Shown: positions 47,201-54,420 of the stretch, one piece after another | Layout of the letters: each line of letters starts with the position of its first letter | Numbering within the stretch: position 1 is the stretch's first letter | The notes under the pieces: generated by a model | What the model was told of the DNA's origin: nothing | Databases searched by the model: none | What the model saw: the letters and a program-made list of their open reading frames with translations, nothing else | Origin: a virus | IMG/VR virus record: IMGVR_UViG_3300021168_000001 | Location: 1-64,000 of that record | Strand: one strand, 5' to 3' | DNA: 64,000 nt | Made by a program: the position numbers and the translations under genes

Positions 47201-48001
47201 TTACTGTTGAACAAAAGTTAGAACGCCGTTGATGCCGCCTGTTCCGGTCGACAGCACGCAGAGTGCATTTCCAGCTGGAGTCGCGAACCTGCTTCCCTCG
47301 CCGCTCAGTCCCAGCACTGCGCCCGTCGCCGGTGCGAATGCGCCTGTCAATACCGTTGTCCCTGTCCCGCAGGTGGTGCCAGTTCCATATTCGAATTGGG
47401 CGGTCGTTGTAGCACCAACGCTGGCAGTAAATCCGCAGGCATAGACTACTTTGCCGGCGCTCAGTGCCACTAGCTGTGTGGTCGTAGCCGTGCTGATCGC
47501 GACTGACACACTGGACTTTGTTACCGATGGATTCTCGCATGGATCACCAATATTGGCCAGAATCATTGACGCCGATGGACTGAACGTTATGTTCAACAAT
47601 CCGGCAGTCGGGTAGGTGCTCGAGCAAGCATAGGTGGCCACATACTGATCGCCCGTGCTGACCCCGGGAAACACCTGAAAGCTCTGTACACCGGTCGACG
47701 GCGTAAAGCTCACGGTCGCTACAGTTGATCCTGCCGTATTCACATTGTTTGACTGATAAGCTAGCGTGACGGTGCAGCCGCTCGGCGATCCGGTGATTCC
47801 AGATTCAACAATCGTCAGCGTGCCCACGCCAGAAAAGTTCGGCAACCGCGATGCAGGGCTGGTCTGCGTGGCCGTGGCGGATACTGCCGTAAACAGGCTC
47901 ACCCCGGACTGAGATGTATAGGTGGTCTGGGCGATTGACGGAATGACAGCTGCCGCAAGCAGAGCCAGGATCGAAGTAATAACCGAAAACTTGAGTTTCA
48001 T
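47201..48001 (-). CDS. signal-peptide-bearing Ser/Thr/Cys-rich beta protein
   Basis: MKLKFSVITSILALLAAAVIPSIA-Q; six Cys. Confidence 0.75.
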   Translation of the reverse strand: MKLKFSVITSILALLAAAVIPSIAQTTYTSQSGVSLFTAVSATATQTSPASRLPNFSGVGTLTIVESGITGSPSGCTVTLAYQSNNVNTAGSTVATVSFTPSTGVQSFQVFPGVSTGDQYVATYACSSTYPTAGLLNITFSPSASMILANIGDPCENPSVTKSSVSVAISTATTTQLVALSAGKVVYACGFTASVGATTTAQFEYGTGTTCGTGTTVLTGAFAPATGAVLGLSGEGSRFATPAGNALCVLSTGTGGINGVLTFVQQ

Positions 48002-48031
48002 GTGCTTTTCCCTTCTGCCTTGCGGCGTTGG

Positions 48032-48679
48032 TTAGGTTGTGGTTCGTACTGCATCGATTACTCGATCGAGCGCGATGTGCATCCGTTGCCGATAAACGGA
48101 ATCGCTATCCGTAGCCTTGGCCGCGGCACGCTTCGCACGCATCGTCTCCCAGGCTTTCTTGGCCGCCGCGCTGCGTCCACCACCGCTTCCAGCTGCTGGC
48201 TTCTCCGCAGTCTTCGGCCGTTCGCTGCTTGAAGACGATGGCTGCTTTCGAGCTTCGCGCTTCTGTTGTTGCTCCTGCTCCCGTTTTCCGGCCCGCTGCC
48301 GAGACCGTTCGTGCGCTTGGCGCATAAAGTCTTCCCACGCGGATCGCGCAGCCGGTCGCGGCGAATGCTGGGATCCTTGCTGCTGATGCTGGCCGCGTTG
48401 CCGTGCAGCATTCGGGCCTAGCGTTTCGTAATTGTGAGACCCGGCCTGGTAGGAAGGCTCGTACTGATGGACCTTCTCGAGAAAGGCATTGGCCTCGGCA
48501 GTGTTACCAACCTTGCGGCTCGACGTCTCCATCGCCTTGAGTTTATTCAAGATCTCGGGAGATACATCTTTGCCGATCGCGTCCATCGCGCGAAAGATCT
48601 TCTGGATGTCGTTGGCACGGCGCACATTAGGTCTGCGTTCGTACAAATGTTCCATCCTTGTCTTCGCTCGGTCGCTCAT
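48032..48679 (-). CDS. candidate internal head cargo (DUF2786-like helical hairpin, KKAWE motif)
   Basis: ILNKLKAM....GNTAEA.AF; AAKKAWETMR; C-terminal RQRMHIALDRVID. Confidence 0.65.
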   Translation of the reverse strand: MSDRAKTRMEHLYERRPNVRRANDIQKIFRAMDAIGKDVSPEILNKLKAMETSSRKVGNTAEANAFLEKVHQYEPSYQAGSHNYETLGPNAARQRGQHQQQGSQHSPRPAARSAWEDFMRQAHERSRQRAGKREQEQQQKREARKQPSSSSSERPKTAEKPAAGSGGGRSAAAKKAWETMRAKRAAAKATDSDSVYRQRMHIALDRVIDAVRTTT

Positions 48680-49047
48680 TGCGGCCTTGTCACGGCTGGC
48701 GCGTCAGCTGGATATTGTGCGTTCTCAAGCCTCTGCACTTTCGGAATTACATAGGAGTCCTGAGTCTGCGATACCTGCTGCAATTGAGACCGCATCGAGA
48801 GCACCTGTTCAACAAGATCACGCTGCCTCTGCGAGTCGTTCATTACCGATGCACGCACGGCCAACTCGAGGCGCCCCAGACGCTGGTCGATCTCTTCATC
48901 ATGCCTCTCGTGCTCGAGAATCTGCCTGAGCGCCTGTGTCTGCCGGTCATCGGCATATTTATTTATCTTCGCCAGACCGCCAAAGATCGATCCGACAATC
49001 GTTAGAGCCGTGGCCACCGTCGCGAGAGTGATGTGTTTCGGCGTCAT
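48676..49047 (-). CDS. N-anchored membrane coiled-coil protein
   Basis: AAGGAG RBS, ATGA overlap with the MuF stop, one TM then coiled coil. Confidence 0.65.
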   Translation of the reverse strand: MTPKHITLATVATALTIVGSIFGGLAKINKYADDRQTQALRQILEHERHDEEIDQRLGRLELAVRASVMNDSQRQRDLVEQVLSMRSQLQQVSQTQDSYVIPKVQRLENAQYPADAPAVTRPQ

Positions 49048-49892
49048 GCCGCTGTGCGCTCCTTCATCCCGCTCAGGTTCCTGAAAGCGATTCGAGTCAT
49101 GCTCATGATCCGGCCGTTCCGATGAACGCGGTGTGGCCATTTCACATCATCGAGTGTGAGCAGCGGAGATTGAGGACAACGACAATTTGGAAAAGTTCCT
49201 CCGTGCCCACGTCCCAATGTGCTTTTCTCTCCAATTAAAGCCTCTGGCGATGGCGGGTCATCATAGAACACGATCACACCTTCCATATTTTTATGACTCG
49301 GCCTCACCCTCGTATCTTCCGACGTCAACCATTCGTAGCACGGTAGCCCGAGATGCTCGGCGCGCGCCTGCGTGAGAGCCGCGCTTGCCTTCATCGTTTC
49401 GGTCCGCGCGATCAGATTAATCCTGGTTCGCGTGAGTTGCGGAAACCGGTGTCGCATCATCTTGGCGATCGCTTCCGGCCGGGCCCCTGCCTGCTGCGCC
49501 TCCGCGATCTCGCCCGTCAACTGCTGAGCGACCTTTCGCGGAATACTCGAGATATAGGCCGCATTCTCATCAACTATCCTGCGAAGTGCAATCCCGACCG
49601 GCCCGGCCATTTCCCGCTGCAGGAGCCGATGTAACATTGAGCTCCGTTGCGCCCGCGTCGCCGCTTCACGCCAGGTTCTCGCGTTCAGCACGTTGACCCA
49701 CCGGCCCATCTCGCCGGCGACATAGGCTGCGGCATCAGCAACGTCTCGCCGCTCGCTCACCGCCGCCAGTTCTGCAATCCACTGCTCGAAGCTTACATCC
49801 GGCTTGCGTTGGGGGATGCTCGACAACATGAGTCTGCGGATCAGCCGCTGATACTCGAGTTCGATCCGTCGCGTAACCGTAAAGTCACTCAT
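49044..49892 (-). CDS. MuF/SPP1 gp7-like head morphogenesis protein (short form)
   Basis: N...I.SIP, LIARTE..KA, Y.W.TS.D.RVR.SH, PNCRC. Confidence 0.92.
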   Translation of the reverse strand: MSDFTVTRRIELEYQRLIRRLMLSSIPQRKPDVSFEQWIAELAAVSERRDVADAAAYVAGEMGRWVNVLNARTWREAATRAQRSSMLHRLLQREMAGPVGIALRRIVDENAAYISSIPRKVAQQLTGEIAEAQQAGARPEAIAKMMRHRFPQLTRTRINLIARTETMKASAALTQARAEHLGLPCYEWLTSEDTRVRPSHKNMEGVIVFYDDPPSPEALIGEKSTLGRGHGGTFPNCRCPQSPLLTLDDVKWPHRVHRNGRIMSMTRIAFRNLSGMKERTAA

Positions 49893-50047
49893 TCGATCGT
49901 TGTGCCATGCGATTCTTTGAACTTGCGCAGCATTTCGTCTAGCTCTCGCTGCTCTTTTTCCGTCAATGGCTTGTAATTTGGCGGCAGCTTCGGCGGCAGC
50001 TTCGGTTGCGGTGGTTCGGTCTGCGGCTTCTTAGTCGGCTTCTTCAT
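49889..50047 (-). CDS. small Pro/Lys-rich protein (52 aa, below the ORF-track cutoff)
   Basis: ATGA overlaps at both ends. Confidence 0.5.
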   Translation of the reverse strand: MKKPTKKPQTEPPQPKLPPKLPPNYKPLTEKEQRELDEMLRKFKESHGTTIE

Positions 50048-50562
50048 TTTTTCATCAGAGCTACGGCTGTGATGATCAGCGACAAGATCGCGATGATTGC
50101 AAAAATAATCTGAAAAACATTAGCGCCGCTTTTTTCTTTACCTGAACCTTGGCCCTCGATCAAGGCTATGCGCGATTTCAAATCTCCTATCTGCACATCG
50201 AAGCCTGAGGCCCTGGTGCTCAAAAGCGCTCCCAACTGGTCAATCTGCTTGCTGGTTGCCGTCTCACTCTTGGCAATGGCGAGGTCGGAAGACTTGTTCT
50301 GCTCCCCAACCGCTTCCTTGGCCGCCTGCAATGCCGCCTGCACAGCCTTGTCGCTGTCACGGAATTGCGTCTGTACGCCTATAAACTTCTCGCCGTGAAG
50401 CTCTCGCAGGCCGTTCATCTCCGCTTTCAGCAATTCTTTGAGCGCCGCGAGTTCTCCTTTGAACTGCGTCTCGAGTCGCTGGCCCATCTCGGTTGTAAGC
50501 GTGGTTGGGTCAGGCCTGGGAAACGTGTCTTCGTTGCTTCTACGCCCCGCTACTCTATCCAT
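50044..50562 (-). CDS. coiled-coil protein with C-terminal TM helix
   Basis: GAGGA RBS; AVQAALQAAKEAV heptads; hydrophobic C-terminus. Confidence 0.7.
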   Translation of the reverse strand: MDRVAGRRSNEDTFPRPDPTTLTTEMGQRLETQFKGELAALKELLKAEMNGLRELHGEKFIGVQTQFRDSDKAVQAALQAAKEAVGEQNKSSDLAIAKSETATSKQIDQLGALLSTRASGFDVQIGDLKSRIALIEGQGSGKEKSGANVFQIIFAIIAILSLIITAVALMKK

Positions 50563-50624
50563 TCCTCAAATCCGTCCCAATGGGATATAATTCCAATCAT
50601 TCGCTTACCACTGAAAGGAAAGCA

Positions 50625-51914
50625 ATGCAATCCCTCTTTACCAACGCTGAAGCAATCCGCCGAGCTCGATCTGCCTTTGAGATTCTGTCGAAGGCTGGCA
50701 TCCGCAAGAATGTGGCCGTGGCCATGCTTGTGATGCGGAATAATCTCACCTACGACCAGGCTCGCGATCGAATCGCGTCCCTCGAAACGGCCACAGGAAG
50801 GATGCTTACGGAATGACTACCGATATCGAAGTTTGTTGCTGCGATGCAATGCTTCGTCGCCAACGCGATAACAACAATATGCTTGGCGGTTCTCTTTTCA
50901 GTTGGACCTGCCCGGTTCACAAAAAGGTTTCGATGGATACGCGTCCGTTGCCGCCATCGACTATCCATCATCACCCAGCGGCACCATTTCCGAGACCGTT
51001 CCCGCAAAGGAAGATGGTCGACGGTTTCTAATCCGGCGCATACTGTTGAAAAGGAGGTCTAAACCAATGAAGCCATCAACGAATGCCTTGTTCATGGCCC
51101 TCATTCGCCATGAGAACTCAACGAAGGAAGAGAAACAGGCTGAATGCCAACGGATTTGCCGAGAGGCCGCGCTCCGCGGTTTGCATTCAGTCCTGTGCCC
51201 AGTCCTTCACGACCAGTGGAAGCAGACGCCACAAAGAATCCGAAAGGCCGCATGACCGGAGACGATATGGTTCGTGAAGTCTTTTCGGTGGTTAGCGGCT
51301 GCAACCTCGATGTCCTGCATGCCACCTTCGGCGCTGATTTCCTGTTTTGTAATCGACCTTTCGTGCTCATCGTCGAATGTCCTGCGAACCTGCGCGACGT
51401 GATCCGCCAGCACATCGCGCAGTCTCTTCCGAAGCACTGGACCCTTGAGTTCCGATAGCCGGAGTTTGATGCCTGATGCGTACGCCAGTTCACAACAGCG
51501 AAGCTTTGAGGTTACTCGCCCGGTTGAAATACCGCATGGAAGGCTTTGTTCTTCAAATTAGCCATAGCCCAACCGGATCGTCTCTTTGCCTGCCGCCACG
51601 ATCAGCCGATTCATTAACGATTAGCCGCTGGCTCGACGAATTGGACAAGATCGAAGCCGAGCTCAAAAAGGACTGAAATGAAAGCCGAAGAGATCCAAGA
51701 GATAATCAGCCGCTGCGCCGAGATCTGCAAGGCAGCCAACCCGATCGTTGCGGCCGGTACCATGCAAATCACCAACATCATGATCCAGGGCGAGATTGCC
51801 ATCCGTCTTGGCGAGATAGCAGAACACCTCGGCGATATTTCCAATCGCCTGGACAACATATGTAATCCGAACAATGGCGATTCGCTGAATGTTACGACAT
51901 TTTCCCCGATCTAG
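50625..51914 (+). other. counter-oriented cassette of six small ORFs (50625-50816, 50813-51031, 51067-51255, 51252-51458, 51476-51676, 51678-51914)
   Basis: RBSs (AAAGGA, AGGAGG), ATGA overlaps, TATAAT at 50586-50591. Confidence 0.65.
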
Positions 51915-52528
51915 GGCAAGCTCTTGTAGCCGATCCCGCTGAACTCCACACTATAGGCGCCGGCAACCGATGCAATGCACAGCTGCAGCTGCGTCACAAT
52001 TGTGTTCGGAGCCCATCCGTGATTCTGTGCCGGGATCGCCGGCATCGCGATAGGCTTGCCATTCGCGCTGGCGAACCTGATGTTTTTGTTCACATAATCG
52101 AATCCATACCGAATTGCTACACCGTTCTCGATGTCAATCTCCAGCGGAATCGGTACGCCTGTGTTGACCCAAGGATTGTTGATCTGCGTCATCCACCCGT
52201 TGGCAACATTGAACTGAAAACTTCCATCGTAGGTGAATCCAGATGCGTCGGTGAACTTGCTGTCCATCTCGATGACCTGCGCATACTGGATGTCGTCGCC
52301 GAACTTTACCGTACAGCCGAACTCGACACTCGCCGAAGGGTTGAGCCACTGGCTCGTGCATTTCCCCAATGCGCCTGAATCGGGCTGACCATCGCAAACG
52401 ATCACCAGGCCGCTTGCAGTTTTCTCTACCGCAAAGCCGGTCGGCTGCTTCGGGTTGATTGTCGGGTCCCACTCTGGCGTCCACAGTCCATCACGTTCCA
52501 GATTAGTAATCTGCCAGGAATAACTCAC
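51911..52528 (-). CDS. hypothetical beta-rich protein
   Basis: GGAGG RBS, GTGA overlap with the HNH stop; 205 aa. Confidence 0.65.
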   Translation of the reverse strand: MSYSWQITNLERDGLWTPEWDPTINPKQPTGFAVEKTASGLVIVCDGQPDSGALGKCTSQWLNPSASVEFGCTVKFGDDIQYAQVIEMDSKFTDASGFTYDGSFQFNVANGWMTQINNPWVNTGVPIPLEIDIENGVAIRYGFDYVNKNIRFASANGKPIAMPAIPAQNHGWAPNTIVTQLQLCIASVAGAYSVEFSGIGYKSLP

Positions 52529-53200
52529 TCCATCCTCCGATAAAGAACGCCTCGTTCAATCTCCCAATACCGGTTTCCCTTGCGAGAATTGCACGGTTTA
52601 CACGCGCCGACGACGTTCGCCCTTGTATGCTGTCCTTCCTTGGAAAGAGGCACAACATGGTCCATGGTCAATTCACACTCAATTCCGCACCACCAACAGC
52701 AACTACGCTGTTCAGCGATAATCGCAATCCACTGGCAGGGAGTTAAATCCCCTCTCCGTGAAGCAGCCCTCCTTTTGTGTCCACGGCTTCTGTTGATTGC
52801 CTTGTAAAGATCAGGCTTTTTCGCCATCGATCGCCTGACATAAACCTTGCATTTTTCCTTATTGTCCCTCGCCCACCTTACGGCGCGGGCGATTGCGATA
52901 GCGGCCTCTTTACGATAGCTCAATTTTTTGCTGCATCTTGTCGAGCAAGTCCGAGCTTCAGGATGGAAAGTGGAAGGTACGAATACATTGCCGCAAATCT
53001 CGCAATTCTTGGCAGAATGCTCTTGGTAGCCTATTTTCTTTCGATTCCATGATCTTTTCAGGCAATTTTTGCTGCAATATGTTTTTCTTGGACATTTCTG
53101 CGGTACCTCGAAATTGACATCGCAGGCCGCGCATTTACGCGTTCTGGATTTGGTCCCAGATCTTTTCAATTCCTCCGCTTGCAAGCTGCCGGACTTCATC
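52525..53200 (-). CDS. HNH homing endonuclease
   Basis: Two C..C..F...CS..C repeats; CWWCG..TMDHVVPLS..G.H...N...C..CN..KG; start uncertain, overlaps the endolysin 3' end. Confidence 0.88.
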
Positions 53201-53641
53201 GTTAGGCTCCGCCACCGGGAACTGACCATTCATCTGAAAATGATCATAATCCTTGAAGTGTTCCCATAGGGCACCGCATTGCAATCCAAGCGAAGAAGCT
53301 ACAGTAACCATCCGAATGTAGGAACTGGTTAGACTCTTTCCACCGTTACTTTCTACTGCTTTCCAGTCTGGCTGCCATGGATCTAATCCGATCACACCTG
53401 GTACTAAATCCACGGCGAGGCCGAAATTGTGCCAAGAAAATCCGCCACGTACATTTGTGACGATGGACCCTGGTGCGGTCCGGCCCTTCGCGTAGAGCTC
53501 ATCCTGTTCGGCCACCGTGCGAAGGCCAGCAGTCACACGAATGTAGATGTCCTCGGCAGCAAGCATCGAGGCCATCTGACGAACCTTGTCCGCGAGGCCC
53601 GGGTAGAGATCCGCGAGCCTCGCTTCGGAAACTTCATCCAT
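53135..53641 (-). CDS. endolysin, peptidase M15 family (L-Ala-D-Glu peptidase-like)
   Basis: GLRT..EQ..LYAKGRT.PG.IVTN..GG.SWHNFGLAVD, D..HFQ. Confidence 0.92.
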   Translation of the reverse strand: MDEVSEARLADLYPGLADKVRQMASMLAAEDIYIRVTAGLRTVAEQDELYAKGRTAPGSIVTNVRGGFSWHNFGLAVDLVPGVIGLDPWQPDWKAVESNGGKSLTSSYIRMVTVASSLGLQCGALWEHFKDYDHFQMNGQFPVAEPNDEVRQLASGGIEKIWDQIQNA

Positions 53642-53988
53642 TACCGCCTCTTCCCTGGAATTCTTCCCACCGGCGATTCGTGAATCAGGCGCTTGCCTTG
53701 CGGCGGTGAGACGTTTCCTTCTATGCCCATGAAGTTCGGCAGCTTCCTTGCTGGACTATCAGGAGCCTTGTCGCCAATTGACGACTTAAATTCCGAATGC
53801 CGCTCCACGAGTTCTGGATCACAAACGTGCGGATGCCATTCGGTATTTGGATAAATGGGCCCCTCGGGATAGCTGAATGCTGTGCCTCCCCATTCGTTCC
53901 CCATTTTGCAGATGGTTGCGCCGCAATTCTCGCAGCTATGCGGACCATAGTAGACGATTCGCGAACTTCTGAATGTGATTGGTGACAT
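53641..53988 (-). CDS. hypothetical Zn-binding protein
   Basis: AAGGAG RBS; CENCG, H.C. Confidence 0.6.
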   Translation of the reverse strand: MSPITFRSSRIVYYGPHSCENCGATICKMGNEWGGTAFSYPEGPIYPNTEWHPHVCDPELVERHSEFKSSIGDKAPDSPARKLPNFMGIEGNVSPPQGKRLIHESPVGRIPGKRR

Positions 53989-54017
53989 TTTGTTTTCTCC
54001 TTACGTAAGTAGGTATT

Positions 54018-54326
54018 TCATTGTCCGCTTCGCTTTCGATAGTTTTCGATCTCGGCGAGGCAGATCTTCATTCCCACCTCATCCTCGAGGCAGGAGTGGA
54101 TCCGGATATTCGGCGTCGGCCGCCCATCGAGAGACTGCTTCCATCGCAGCCATTGCTCAGCGTCCATATGCGTCTCGACGATCTCGATATCGTAAAAGTT
54201 GTTTTGGAATTTAGCCTGTTGGTGACGAATGTCTATCACTCCAACGTGGCTCAAATCCATTATGCGAATGATCGATCTTGCCGGGCACTCGCATGTCACC
54301 AGGAGCACGCGCGGCTTGGCGCTCAC
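54018..54326 (-). CDS. hypothetical protein
   Basis: 102-aa ORF within the operon. Confidence 0.5.
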   Translation of the reverse strand: MSAKPRVLLVTCECPARSIIRIMDLSHVGVIDIRHQQAKFQNNFYDIEIVETHMDAEQWLRWKQSLDGRPTPNIRIHSCLEDEVGMKICLAEIENYRKRSGQ

Positions 54327-54420
54327 AGTTGCCGCGCTCTCCTTCGCCGGATCCAGTTCTGGCCGCAGAACGGTGGATACCAGATGGTCACCATTTTCTT
54401 AATCATCTTGCTCGCTCCCC

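Noticed and set aside
49044-49892. MuF as a toxin-fused polymorphic MuF
   Set aside because: It ends shortly after NCRC with no C-terminal toxin domain; the enzymatic extensions are on the portal instead
52525-53641. HNH overlapping the endolysin as a possible group I intron
   Set aside because: The endolysin has all M15 motifs and a plausible C-terminus; no second exon or intron core was seen
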